Of a stretch of 64,000 bases of DNA, positions 27,362 to 37,381 are shown one piece after another. The position numbers were made by a program, and so were the translations under genes. Source of the stretch: an uncultured Verrucomicrobiota bacterium (GTDB taxonomy: Bacteria > Verrucomicrobiota > Verrucomicrobiia > Limisphaerales > UBA1319); assembly GCA_964538065.1 (NCBI GenBank), contig CAZIDG010000001.1, positions 73,998 to 137,997 of the forward strand, read 5' to 3'. The notes beneath the pieces were generated by a model, which was not told the DNA's origin, did not search any database, and saw only the letters and a program-made list of their open reading frames with translations. Every line of letters starts with the position of its first letter. Position 1 is the first letter of the stretch.

Positions 27362-30037
27362 TCACGGCTTATCGGGAATCGTGATCACGTCGCCGTTCTG
27401 AAGCCAGAGGTCGTCGGGGAACTGGGCTGTTATCAAGTTGTATTCCACCTCAAGCGGAGAGGTGGTCGATCCGGTCGATCGACGGCACTTGACGTGGGTT
27501 ACATCGGATTTGTCCCTTAACACTCCCGAGGCATAGACCGTTGTTTTCATCCAGAAACCACCGATATTCTGAGGACCTGTTACAGGTCCTGAGCCCGATT
27601 CACGGTCAAAATGCAGGGGAGGGAGTGTGGCACGTGCCGAAGGATCGCCTAGACTGAATTCACCAGCCCACGCCACGCCTCGTGTCGGACCTGGTTTTGA
27701 CCAGTGGGGACAGAGCAGCCATTCCGTTTTCCCTTGGGTTGTCTCAATGATTATCTTGCGGGTCAGACAATTAGTCAGGACCTTATGAAGATCGAAGTCT
27801 CCGCTGTCGGTTGGAATAAAGGTGGCGGCGTTCAATTCCACCGTGTCACCCCATTCCAAGGGGACATCAATCGCTTCAGTGCTGTTGGTGGCCCTTTCCT
27901 GCAAGCTGATCTTAAGAATCTGCTGGCTGAGATTCTCCGGGTTGATCCGATTAATGGTGATGCGGCGCCAATCCGGATTACAGGGCATGTTTAACTGGAT
28001 CGTGGACACCAGGCTGGCCAATTCAAGCAGGGTGTGGTGGTTAAGTTGTTTTGCGTCCCGGCGAAAGATCCTGATGGGGTTGCCATTATTATAGTCCTTA
28101 ATTTGGAGCGTGATATGTGACAGACGCACCAATTCATCCTTGGCGCCATGTTGGCGCAGGTTTTTGACGATTTCATCCAGACCGAAGCGACCTGTATCTG
28201 ATAAGTTTACCGTTGATGGAGTCACCAGAGGGTTCCCGCTGCTACGAGCAAGGCGAACTGGGATCTGATTCGGACGATCAGTGCGCAGCAGGTTCAGCGC
28301 AAGGGATAACGGGCTTTCACCTTCGGGATCCAAGACATTTGGATTGGCGGATTTCAGCAATAGGGCGACCATCTCAGGTTGAATGTTCCGGACGGCGCAA
28401 TGGAGCGGAGAGTCCCCTGTGCTGGACAACCGGTTGGCGTCGGCATGGTGTTCCAGCAACATCTCAGCCACATCGAGACTCCGGTTTAACACGGCGTATG
28501 TGAGCGGTGTGTGTTCGCCTTTCTGCCAGCCACTTATGGCCATGTTGACATTGACTTCGGCCCCGGCTTCCAGGAGTCGCTGGACGATCCTGGGTTTGTA
28601 CGTGGTTACGGCATAAAACAATGGATACGAATTGGGGATGTTCACGTTGATCTTGTTGGTGATCAGCAAGTCGATCATCTCCAAAAGGTTGTTTCGTACA
28701 GCGCAAACAAGCAGGTAATCCTCCGCCTGGGGGGGCGCATGCAAAAACTGAGGTGCATTCAAATCACCGGCCTTCGGGAGAAGGAGGGGAATGATGTCGT
28801 TTCTGCCTAAACTTACCGCCGAATACAGGGCAGAGGGCGTGTTGGAGAATTTGCGATCCACGACCGCTCCATACTCCAGCAGTATCTTAACCATTTCAGG
28901 TTGGTCGGATTCAATGGCACTGGAGAGGGGTGTCTGGTCGGAATCTGCAAGGGTGTTGATATCCGCCTTGTGTTCGCACAGCCATCGGACCATGAGAGGT
29001 CGTTTGCTGCATACAGCCAGGTGGAGAGGCGTTGCAGCATAATACACCCCTGGGCCAGGACGTGCGTTTTCTGCTACAGGAGTAGGTTGAGGAGTAGGTT
29101 GCTCAGCCTTCAGTTTCAACTTGAGGTTCAGTTGGGCTCCATGTTCCAAAAGCAGTTCAGCGATGCTGATGTGTCCCTCCCGCGCAGCATAGTGCATGGG
29201 GGTCATGTAATCCTCCCGCCCATTCACATCCGCCCCGGCCTTAAGCAACGCCTCAGCTGCATTCCGCAGGCCTCGTGCAACTGCGTTGCAGAGAGGCTTG
29301 GAAGTGCCGGCATTGGGGTCCGCCTGGGCGGATAGGAGAAGGTTGAGCATTTCCGGAGTGGTTACTGCATAATATAATGCGGTTTTTCCATTATTATCCG
29401 TCTTGTTCAGGTTGGCTTTGCTCTCCAGGAGAAAGCGAACGACTTTGAGTTGTTTTCTGTCAACGGCCCTGTGCAACGGGGTTAAACCACCCAATTCCTG
29501 GGCATTAATCAGGTCGGGACTGTCCCGCAAGGCCTGTTTCAGGCGGCTAAGTTCCTTGTCTTCAAGGGCTGCTTTATCTTCGAGAATATCCTGCGAGGCT
29601 GCGCTGCTTGGCATCGCATTGGTCAAGGCAATCCCCAGTCCCGCCAGGTTCTGCTGGCTGAGCCGGGTCAAGGTCGTTTGGTCCGAATAGTCGCGCAGCA
29701 GGCGCTGGTACTGGAGTGCGGCTTCGTTGGTCAGGCCCTTTTTGCGATAGCATTCCCCCAGCCGGAACACGGCCGTGGCGGCCACTTTTCGTTGTTCCTC
29801 CGATAGGGTGATCACCGACTGATACGCCTGCATCGCGGCATCGAGATTCTGGTTGGCCTCCTCCTCATATAATCCCTTCTGAAGGATGGCCACCGCGTCT
29901 TCTGCCGCCAGCATTGTGCTGCCGAGTCGCATGCACAACATCCCGAGAATGATGATCGCGACCCAGGCCCTTGGCGGGCGATGTTCGCTGACAAGGGGCG
30001 CTTGCGATCGGCCTGTTTTGTTAAATGACGTTTTCAT
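27362..30037 (-). CDS. membrane-anchored TPR + multi-ankyrin-repeat protein with C-terminal beta-grasp-like repeats
   Basis: 891 aa. TM WVAIIILGMLCMRLG, then a TPR-like segment (LDAAMQAYQSVI..FRLGECYRKKG). About 10 ankyrin repeats follow (e.g. TPLHRAVDRKQLKVVRFLLESKANLN, TPMHYAAREGHISIAELLLEHGAQLN). The C-terminal ~300 aa holds two segments ending in GDTVEL and NGDVITIPDKP, reminiscent of SLBB/beta-grasp modules. Confidence 0.8.
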   Translation of the reverse strand: MKTSFNKTGRSQAPLVSEHRPPRAWVAIIILGMLCMRLGSTMLAAEDAVAILQKGLYEEEANQNLDAAMQAYQSVITLSEEQRKVAATAVFRLGECYRKKGLTNEAALQYQRLLRDYSDQTTLTRLSQQNLAGLGIALTNAMPSSAASQDILEDKAALEDKELSRLKQALRDSPDLINAQELGGLTPLHRAVDRKQLKVVRFLLESKANLNKTDNNGKTALYYAVTTPEMLNLLLSAQADPNAGTSKPLCNAVARGLRNAAEALLKAGADVNGREDYMTPMHYAAREGHISIAELLLEHGAQLNLKLKLKAEQPTPQPTPVAENARPGPGVYYAATPLHLAVCSKRPLMVRWLCEHKADINTLADSDQTPLSSAIESDQPEMVKILLEYGAVVDRKFSNTPSALYSAVSLGRNDIIPLLLPKAGDLNAPQFLHAPPQAEDYLLVCAVRNNLLEMIDLLITNKINVNIPNSYPLFYAVTTYKPRIVQRLLEAGAEVNVNMAISGWQKGEHTPLTYAVLNRSLDVAEMLLEHHADANRLSSTGDSPLHCAVRNIQPEMVALLLKSANPNVLDPEGESPLSLALNLLRTDRPNQIPVRLARSSGNPLVTPSTVNLSDTGRFGLDEIVKNLRQHGAKDELVRLSHITLQIKDYNNGNPIRIFRRDAKQLNHHTLLELASLVSTIQLNMPCNPDWRRITINRINPENLSQQILKISLQERATNSTEAIDVPLEWGDTVELNAATFIPTDSGDFDLHKVLTNCLTRKIIIETTQGKTEWLLCPHWSKPGPTRGVAWAGEFSLGDPSARATLPPLHFDRESGSGPVTGPQNIGGFWMKTTVYASGVLRDKSDVTHVKCRRSTGSTTSPLEVEYNLITAQFPDDLWLQNGDVITIPDKP

Positions 30038-30088
30038 GATTCACTTCCTTGAGCACGTGGTTGCATTGTCGGAGTCATCATAACGGGC

Positions 30089-30796
30089 TCAGTATTTGGA
30101 TTTGTCATGGTTTTGTACGAAACGATAGCCGCTCCCATGCACGGTCTGGAACCAGATGGGGTGTTCGGGATCTGGTTCGAGCTTGGCGCGGAGGCTGGCA
30201 ATGTGGTTGTCCACCGTCCGGGTTGTGGGGAACGCGCCATAGCTCCAGACCACGTCCAGAAATCGTTCCCGGGAAATGACCTCGCCGGGGTGCTCGGCGA
30301 ACAGTTTAAGAATGGCGAATTCCTTGGCGGTCAGATGCAGGGATTTGCCCTCGCGGCAGGTTTCCTGCCGGACAAAGTCGATTTCCACATTCCCCAAACG
30401 CAAGTGTGTGACATCCTGGTGCTGGCGTTGCGTGCGGCGCAGCAGAGCCCGGATGCGCGCCAGAAGTTCGTCCGTGCTGAAGGGCTTGACCAGGTAATCA
30501 TCCGCCCCGGCATCGAGTCCGGTCACCCGGTCGTCCACCTGTCCCTTGGCGGTAAGCATGAGCACGGGCGAGGTAAAGGTGCGCCGACGCAACTCCGCGC
30601 ACAGCGCATAGCCGTCAAGCCGCGGCATCATGACATCCAGGAGCACCAGGTCGGGTTTCTCCTGGAGGACGCGTTCCAGACCGGATTCGCCATCCGAGGC
30701 GGTGATGGTGCGGTAGCCCTCGGCCTCCAGACAGTCCTGCAGGGCGGTTCGCATGGGACGCTCGTCCTCGATGATCATGATGCGTGGCATTGTCAT
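30089..30796 (-). CDS. OmpR-family response regulator
   Basis: Receiver domain (IMIIEDE, phospho-acceptor LVLLDVMMP, LTAKG, KPF) plus winged-helix output (LTAKEFAILKLF.., TVHGSGYRF). Its ATG overlaps the kinase stop (ATGA). Confidence 0.9.
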   Translation of the reverse strand: MTMPRIMIIEDERPMRTALQDCLEAEGYRTITASDGESGLERVLQEKPDLVLLDVMMPRLDGYALCAELRRRTFTSPVLMLTAKGQVDDRVTGLDAGADDYLVKPFSTDELLARIRALLRRTQRQHQDVTHLRLGNVEIDFVRQETCREGKSLHLTAKEFAILKLFAEHPGEVISRERFLDVVWSYGAFPTTRTVDNHIASLRAKLEPDPEHPIWFQTVHGSGYRFVQNHDKSKY

Positions 30797-32856
30797 GGGA
30801 GATCCATCGGTAAAATGAGGGTGAAACGGCTGCCTTGACCGGCGGCGCTGCGCACCTGCACCTGGCCCCTATGTGCCTGGACAATGTGGCGCACCAAGGT
30901 GAGCCCAATGCCGATGCCGGTCGATTCGCGGCGCAATTCGGAGCCGCGTCGGTAAAATTGTTCAAAAATACGCTCGTGTTCCTCAGGCGGGATGCCGGGC
31001 CCGGAGTCCTCGACCCATAGGCGGGCCTTGTGATCCTGCGCATCGAGTCCCACCAACACCTCGGCGCCTGCCGGTGAATGTTTCAGGGCATTATCGACCA
31101 GGTTGATGAGCGCCTGCTGGATTGCATGGGCGTCACAGTGGATTTGGACCGGCTCCAAGTCGTTGCCGGGCGGCTGCCAGGCCAGTTTGACTTGGTGTTC
31201 CGACGCATACGGCTCAAGCACCTGGACGGTTTGATGGATGAGTGAGGCGAGATCCACTTCCTCCATATGGTATTGTTTGCGCCCCTGTTCGATTCGGGCA
31301 AAATCGAGCACGTTTTCGATCAGCGCCGACAATCGCCGACACTCCTGGACGATGAATCGATAATACTCCTGTCGCTTTTCGGCCTGTGGGATTTTGCCTC
31401 GCTCCAGGCTCTCGGCCATCAGTCGCACCGAGGCGATGGGCGCGCGCAATTCGTGTGTCACGCTCGAGACAAAATTGCTCTTCATTTCATTCAGACGGAG
31501 CTGTCGTTCGAGGTTGCCATGGATTGCCATCAGCCCAATCCCGGCGCCGAGAATCGACAGGACGATGATACCTCCCAACCACCACACCCGCACCCGGTGA
31601 CGGGCATACAGCGGGGCCGGATTCGAGAGGTAAAGGGTAATTTTAAACGCATTCGCACCATCATCGGGGAATGTCGCGGTGGCCAGGATGGCCGGTAATG
31701 CCACACCGGCCGGGTTGGTCGCGATATTCGGCGTATTGCCGATCGGACCGGGCGTGCTGAACAGGCGTGTTCCTCCCAATTCGAGCGTGGCAGCACAATA
31801 CTTTGGGATAACGGAGCCGCCGTTCAACACCTTTTCCAATCGTGCTTGCACCTCCGCTTCCGATTGCCATGCAATCCATTGTTGATCGACGAACCATCCG
31901 GCCAGCCAGCGGGGTGATGATGGCGTCCAAAACCACCGGAACGCGTCCTGGGATAGAAGGGAGGCACTCTCATGAAGCAGGGGGCGTGACTGTGCGTAGA
32001 GCATGCGGATATGTTCCTGCTGTTCCCACAATGCTTGCCATGTCAGGACCTGGTTGGTGGCTGAGGTCCCGTGAAACGCACGCATGGCATCTCGAAGGAT
32101 GATCGCTGTGGCCGCGTTGGGATGTTCAACAAGGTCGGCGCATAGCGTATCGAGTTCCGTCCGTGGCGCCGAATTGGCAGGGGAGGATGCCTCATGCGAC
32201 GTGACCCACAATAACCTGCGCCATCCGGCCAGGAATTGCAGCGGGAGGCCCGTTTCGCCCACGGCGTCCGGGTAGTCCTGAATGCATTTCTCGTACGCTT
32301 GGGCGGTCTCGCTGCTGCCTTGCCGCTCCAGGGCCAGCGCCAGGGCGAATTGTCCCAAGGCGGCATACTCGGGTGGCGGATTCAGAGCCATAAATTGTTT
32401 CCAAAGACCGGCAATCTGGTTTGGGTCCAGTCGTTTGAAGTCGGCGTTACGAGCGGCCTCCCAGGTCAGGACTTGTTCGTGAGACAGGTGGATCATCCTC
32501 AGATCAAGAGGGATAGGGGATGACACATAGGGACGAGGGTACACGAGACCACCAGTCTCGTTGAGAATGGCTGCGAAGGAATGTGAAAGGGTCTGCTTGC
32601 CAGGGGGGACACCCTTGAGCGGTGTTTCCGGCTTGGCGGTATTGGTGAGGGTATTGACGCACTGGCGCAACAAATCCTGGGCCACAGACTGGCAATGTTC
32701 CCTGGCTTCCTGGAGCGCCAAATCCCGGTCCTGTCTCAAAAACGACAGTCCCACAAGGGCCAGGATGGCCACCGGCAGGATCAGCAGCGCCGCTTGCCAG
32801 CCAAAGGACGGGATCAACGATGGGGAACTGGGACGCATTGTTCTTTTTATACTCAT
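30793..32856 (-). CDS. sensor histidine kinase with large N-terminal periplasmic domain
   Basis: Two TM segments flank an uncharacterised ~380-aa domain. H-box SSVTHELRAPI, N-box LINLVDNALKHS, G1 VEDSGPGI and G2 GIGIGL. Confidence 0.85.
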   Translation of the reverse strand: MSIKRTMRPSSPSLIPSFGWQAALLILPVAILALVGLSFLRQDRDLALQEAREHCQSVAQDLLRQCVNTLTNTAKPETPLKGVPPGKQTLSHSFAAILNETGGLVYPRPYVSSPIPLDLRMIHLSHEQVLTWEAARNADFKRLDPNQIAGLWKQFMALNPPPEYAALGQFALALALERQGSSETAQAYEKCIQDYPDAVGETGLPLQFLAGWRRLLWVTSHEASSPANSAPRTELDTLCADLVEHPNAATAIILRDAMRAFHGTSATNQVLTWQALWEQQEHIRMLYAQSRPLLHESASLLSQDAFRWFWTPSSPRWLAGWFVDQQWIAWQSEAEVQARLEKVLNGGSVIPKYCAATLELGGTRLFSTPGPIGNTPNIATNPAGVALPAILATATFPDDGANAFKITLYLSNPAPLYARHRVRVWWLGGIIVLSILGAGIGLMAIHGNLERQLRLNEMKSNFVSSVTHELRAPIASVRLMAESLERGKIPQAEKRQEYYRFIVQECRRLSALIENVLDFARIEQGRKQYHMEEVDLASLIHQTVQVLEPYASEHQVKLAWQPPGNDLEPVQIHCDAHAIQQALINLVDNALKHSPAGAEVLVGLDAQDHKARLWVEDSGPGIPPEEHERIFEQFYRRGSELRRESTGIGIGLTLVRHIVQAHRGQVQVRSAAGQGSRFTLILPMDLP

Positions 32857-33078
32857 TTTGGATGGTTTTACCCAGCTGAATTGTCATGGAAATGTAAACA
32901 CGATCAAACCACCCATGTAGTAAGGTTGCTTTGTAATAGCCTGGGAAACAACTGGAAACGAGCTCCGTCAGGGGTGGCGGCCGGAGTGCCTGACTCAGCA
33001 ATCAGTTATTTGAGGATGTCTCGGTGTGTGTGCGGCTGACTCAATAAACCAAATATCCACGGCATGTGGTGGGTAAGG

Positions 33079-34287
33079 TTAGATTTCCTGAGTCGAAGAT
33101 TCTTTGGAGAGGTTTCGAGAGTCAATCTTGAGGTGGCGCCACGCAATCACAGCAGCGGCTATGGCGATGGCGCCGCAGATCAAGTAGGGCAGGGCGGCGT
33201 GGCGTTTATAAAGAGTCCCTGCAAACAAAGGGCCTAGAATGCGAGCCAGGCTGCCGACGCTTTGAGCGACGCCCAGGGTGGAACCCTGTTCGTCGGCTGA
33301 AGTTTGGATGCTGATGAGCCCAAAAATGGGTGGCCGGTTGATGCTTGTACCAACCGCCAGGATGGCCAAGACACCCAGGATCAACCCCAGCGATGGCATA
33401 TAAGGCAGAAGTGTCAGCCCTACTCCCATGAGGGTAAAGCTCAGGACGATCAACTTGCGTTCACCCAGCACGGAAACAAGTCTTTTGATGAGACCTCCCT
33501 GGATGCAGGCGGTAATGACTCCGGCAAAGGAAAAGAGGTAGCCGACGTGTTCCGCGTCATAATCCAGCGTTTTATGTGCCAGCAAGGCCAGTGTGGTTTC
33601 GTAGCAGGCGAAACAGAACGTGGCCAAAAAGAACAGGAGTATGAGCAGGCCGATCTGGGGATGGCTGATGGTATGATACCATTGGACGAACCGGGGGCGA
33701 TAAACGGTGTGCTCGGAGGTGGGTTGCCGGCTTTCCGGCAGGATGAATACCGCCAGCAACAGGTTCGCGCCGCACAGGGCCACAGCCACCCAGCCGGGCG
33801 TGGCGGTGCCGAACTTGGCGCTAAAGGCCCCAATAACGGGGCCAAAAATGAATCCGAGGCCGAAAGCCACCCCGATCAGGGCCATCCGCGCCGAGCGGTC
33901 CTTTGGGGGGGTAATATCCGCTACGTATGCCTGTGCGACCGTGATGTTTCCCCCACAGATGCCCGCAAAGGTCCGGCTGGCTAATAGGAGCCACATGCCC
34001 TTGGGGCCCGCCAGGGTGGAAGCCCAGGCGAAAATGACATAGGAGAGCGTTTCCCCAGCCAGGCTGATCAAGAGGATGGGGCGGCGTCCAATGCGGTCGG
34101 AGAGTCTGCCCCAGATGGGGGAAAAAATAAACTGCATCACCGAGAAGGAGGCGATGATGGCTCCAATCATGAAACCGCTGGCGCCGAATTGTTCGGAATA
34201 GAGCGGCAGCAGGGGCATGATCATGCCAAAGCCAATCAGGTCGATGAAAACCGTGAGAAAGATGACCAGTAGGGATGGCTTGCGCAT
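33079..34287 (-). CDS. MFS transporter (Tet/TCR drug:H+ antiporter-like)
   Basis: 402 aa with 12 TM. Motif A GRLSDRIGRRP sits between TM2 and TM3. N-terminal LTVFIDLIGFGMIMPLLP. Confidence 0.85.
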   Translation of the reverse strand: MRKPSLLVIFLTVFIDLIGFGMIMPLLPLYSEQFGASGFMIGAIIASFSVMQFIFSPIWGRLSDRIGRRPILLISLAGETLSYVIFAWASTLAGPKGMWLLLASRTFAGICGGNITVAQAYVADITPPKDRSARMALIGVAFGLGFIFGPVIGAFSAKFGTATPGWVAVALCGANLLLAVFILPESRQPTSEHTVYRPRFVQWYHTISHPQIGLLILLFFLATFCFACYETTLALLAHKTLDYDAEHVGYLFSFAGVITACIQGGLIKRLVSVLGERKLIVLSFTLMGVGLTLLPYMPSLGLILGVLAILAVGTSINRPPIFGLISIQTSADEQGSTLGVAQSVGSLARILGPLFAGTLYKRHAALPYLICGAIAIAAAVIAWRHLKIDSRNLSKESSTQEI

Positions 34288-34316
34288 ACGTTGCCCGGCG
34301 GTGGCTGTTCGCGAGA

Positions 34317-35720
34317 TTACTTTTTGGGATCAGGCGCGAACAGCTTGCCGATGGCGCGCTCCAGACGCGCCCGTGCGGCTGCGAAATCCCGCAGGGCCTG
34401 GATTTGTGTTGTTCGGGCCTCTGTGAGCGAGGTTTGTGCACTGAGCACATCCAATTGCGTTCCGGTGCCTGCATCGCTGCGGGCCGTTGCCAGGCGCAAC
34501 GCTTCGTCGGCCTGTTCCTGAACTTTTTTGGTGGCTTCCAGCACCTCGCTGGCCTCAATGAAATTGGAATAAGTGGTGCGAACCTCAAGCTCAATCCGGC
34601 GGGAGGTGTCATCGAAATCCACTTGAGCCTTGGCCAGCAAGGCCTTGGCTTCCTGGACTTTGCCCTTGGTCAAGAGACCATCAAAGATATCCCATGAGGC
34701 CTGGGCGCCAGTGAACCAACCCGAAACGTCCTTCGAAAGGTCAGTGCTGAAGCTGGAACTGCGCGAACCATAGCCGCCATTGAGTTGGACGGAGGGCAGG
34801 TAACCGGCGCGGGCGGACTTGATGGCTTCCTGCTTGAGCGCGATGGCCTTTTTGAGCGCACCCAGTTCCGGACGCAGTTCCATGGCCTGGGCGATGGCGG
34901 CAGGTAATTCCACCTGCCATGGCTCGGCCATCGTGGCGAGGGTCCCCGTCAAGTTGAGGGGAATGTCCTCCCAGATGTCCTTGGGAACATTGTACCCGAT
35001 GAGGTTGACCAGGTTGTTTTTGGCGATGCGAAAGGAGTTTTTGGCCTTGATCAACCGTGGACGGGCATTGGCCACTTCCACTTCGGCTCGCAGCACATTA
35101 AAACGGGGAACCGTGCCAGCCTCGAAACGACGTTTGGTGTCTTCCAACTCCTGGGTGAGCAACTTGACCGAGGCCTCCTGCACAGTGATCTGCTGGGCGG
35201 CCAACAAGACATCAGCGTACGCCAGCCGTACTTCGAGCAAATTATCAGCGATGGCGGCTTGATGGTTTAGCAAGGCTTGTTCCTTGGTCAAACGGGCGGA
35301 ACGCAAAGCGGCGTTGATGCGTCCCCCGGCATAGATGGACTGGACCAGGGCGATGTTGGCGTTCCAGCTTTGATCGGGGTAGTTGATGGTGAAGAGCTGG
35401 CCTTCAAAAGGGAAATGATCGACCGATTCCTTGTCGATCAGTTTATATTCGGATTTGGTCTGGACCTTCGGCAGTGCGATGGCACGGGTTTGCACCACCA
35501 CGCCATAGGTGGCTTCCAACTGTTTTTCGGATTTTTGGATCGCGCTGTTTTGCTTGAGAGCCAGGTTCAGGCAATCCACCAGCGACAATGGCGCGGACAA
35601 CCAGGCATACTTGGCGGGCGGGGCATTGGTATCAGCCCCCTGGAGGGGGAGAACGGCCCCTGCCAGCATGGCCACACAACATCCTGTCACTGCCAGGCGA
35701 TTGAAACGATTGGATTTCAT
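34317..35720 (-). CDS. TolC-family outer membrane efflux protein
   Basis: 467 aa with a signal peptide (LAVTGCCVAMLAGAVLPLQG) and two tandem OEP repeats with coiled-coil heptads (LL.AQQ....E, LRDFAAARARLERAIG). Confidence 0.85.
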   Translation of the reverse strand: MKSNRFNRLAVTGCCVAMLAGAVLPLQGADTNAPPAKYAWLSAPLSLVDCLNLALKQNSAIQKSEKQLEATYGVVVQTRAIALPKVQTKSEYKLIDKESVDHFPFEGQLFTINYPDQSWNANIALVQSIYAGGRINAALRSARLTKEQALLNHQAAIADNLLEVRLAYADVLLAAQQITVQEASVKLLTQELEDTKRRFEAGTVPRFNVLRAEVEVANARPRLIKAKNSFRIAKNNLVNLIGYNVPKDIWEDIPLNLTGTLATMAEPWQVELPAAIAQAMELRPELGALKKAIALKQEAIKSARAGYLPSVQLNGGYGSRSSSFSTDLSKDVSGWFTGAQASWDIFDGLLTKGKVQEAKALLAKAQVDFDDTSRRIELEVRTTYSNFIEASEVLEATKKVQEQADEALRLATARSDAGTGTQLDVLSAQTSLTEARTTQIQALRDFAAARARLERAIGKLFAPDPKK

Positions 35721-35787
35721 GTTCGGGATCGTTTTTTTAGCTTATTTAAGGACCGTCATGTACTGCCATGGCATCACCTGTCGAACC

Positions 35788-37212
35788 TCATGCCTTGAGT
35801 TTCTTCTCCAGTATCTGCCCCACCACGTTGGGGTTGGCCTTGCCTTTGCTGTTTTTCATGACCTGTCCCTTGAGGAAATTCAGCGCGGCAACCTTGCCCG
35901 CCCGATAGTCTGCCACACTGCGCGGGTTGGCCGCTATGGCGTCATCGCAGAACTTCTCAAGTGCCCCCTCATCACTGACTTGCACGAGTCCTTTTTTCTC
36001 CACGATGCTGGCAGGAGTAGTGCCTGAGGCAAACATCTCATTAAACACGTCCTGCGCGATCTTGGAACTGATCTTGCCCGAGTCCACCAAGTCTATGAGC
36101 TCCAGGATTCCCTGGGGCTTGAACTTCAAATCCTCCAGGCCCGTTTGAGACTCGGTCATCTTGGCCCGTAGGTTATTGATCACCCAGTTGGCCACGGCTT
36201 TGGGATTCTTGCTGTTGGGGGCCAGTTGCTCGAAATAAGTGCCGAGGGGGACATCGTTGACAAAGGTCTCAGCATCTGAGGCGGGCAACTGATATTGGGT
36301 CATGAAACGGCGTTTCTTGGCCAGGGGCAGTTCCACCACGCGGGAGCGCACTTCGGCCAGCCAGTCGGCTGTGGGGGCCATCGGCATCAAATCCGGTTCA
36401 GGGAAATATCGATAATCGTGTGCCTCTTCCTTGGTGCGCATGGTTTCGGTGATGCCGGCAGCGTCATCCCAGCGCCGGGTTTCCTGGCGTAGCGAGCCGC
36501 CTTTGGATACGACCTCGATTTGCCGGGGGATTTCATACTCAAGCGCCCGGCGAACCCCACTGAAGCTGTTCATGTTCTTGATTTCAATCTTCATGCCCAA
36601 CTCACGCTGCCCCCGGGGCCGAACGCTGATGTTGACATCGCACCGCACCATGCCCTTTTCCATGTCGCAATCGCTCACGCCGCCATAAATCAGGATGTCC
36701 TTCAGGGCGTTGAGGTAATCGTAGGCCATCTGGGGCGAGTCAATATCGGGTTCCGAGACGATTTCCAGCAGGGGCACCCCGGCGCGGTTGAAATCCAGAC
36801 CGCTATTGTGGGCGAAATGGAAGCTTTTGCCGACGTCCTCCTCCAAGTGCGCCCGAGTGATGCGGACCTTCTTGATACCGCCCTCGCTTTCAAACTCCAC
36901 CAGGCCGGCCAGTGTCGAAGGACGGTCATACTGGCTGATCTGGTAGTTCTTGGGCATGTCGGGATAGAAATAGTTTTTCCGGTCGAATTTGGCGAAAGGG
37001 GCGACTGAACAATTCAACAACATGCCGGCCAGGGCGGTTAATCGCAGGGCCTCCTCATTGGGAACGGGGAGTACACCCGGCAGCCCAAGGCAGACGGGAC
37101 ACACCTGGGTGTTGGGCGGGGCACCGAATTCGTTGGCGCAGCCACACCACATTTTCGATTTTGTCCGCAGTTGCACGTGGGTTTCCAGCCCGATTACAGC
37201 TTCATAATCCAT
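35788..37212 (-). CDS. gatB: Asp-tRNA(Asn)/Glu-tRNA(Gln) amidotransferase subunit B
   Basis: 474 aa. MDYEAVIGLETHVQL, CPVCLGLPGVLPV, RAHLEEDVGK and a C-terminal YqeY-like tail. Confidence 0.95.
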   Translation of the reverse strand: MDYEAVIGLETHVQLRTKSKMWCGCANEFGAPPNTQVCPVCLGLPGVLPVPNEEALRLTALAGMLLNCSVAPFAKFDRKNYFYPDMPKNYQISQYDRPSTLAGLVEFESEGGIKKVRITRAHLEEDVGKSFHFAHNSGLDFNRAGVPLLEIVSEPDIDSPQMAYDYLNALKDILIYGGVSDCDMEKGMVRCDVNISVRPRGQRELGMKIEIKNMNSFSGVRRALEYEIPRQIEVVSKGGSLRQETRRWDDAAGITETMRTKEEAHDYRYFPEPDLMPMAPTADWLAEVRSRVVELPLAKKRRFMTQYQLPASDAETFVNDVPLGTYFEQLAPNSKNPKAVANWVINNLRAKMTESQTGLEDLKFKPQGILELIDLVDSGKISSKIAQDVFNEMFASGTTPASIVEKKGLVQVSDEGALEKFCDDAIAANPRSVADYRAGKVAALNFLKGQVMKNSKGKANPNVVGQILEKKLKA

Positions 37213-37381
37213 ATGGCGGCTCCTTTATGCCAGAATCCCAATCTGATGCAAAATCCTTATTTAGGGAAATGCGGCGGCCAGGAAGAAGGGGGGCATGACC
37301 CCGCATGCCTCCGATTTGGGCATGATGCCGAAATTAAGGCTTGCCTTTTTGGCGTCCAATCGGATGATTGCCCTCTCTATT

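Noticed and set aside
29078-29101. Tandem 2 x 12-nt repeat aggagtaggttg
   Set aside because: It lies inside the ankyrin gene and simply encodes the PTPQPTPV low-complexity linker. It is not a CRISPR-like or regulatory repeat.
33821-34612. 263-aa minus-strand ORF bridging the MFS and TolC genes
   Set aside because: It is out of frame with both real genes, spans their 29-nt spacer, and is Pro/Arg/Gly/His-rich with no motifs.
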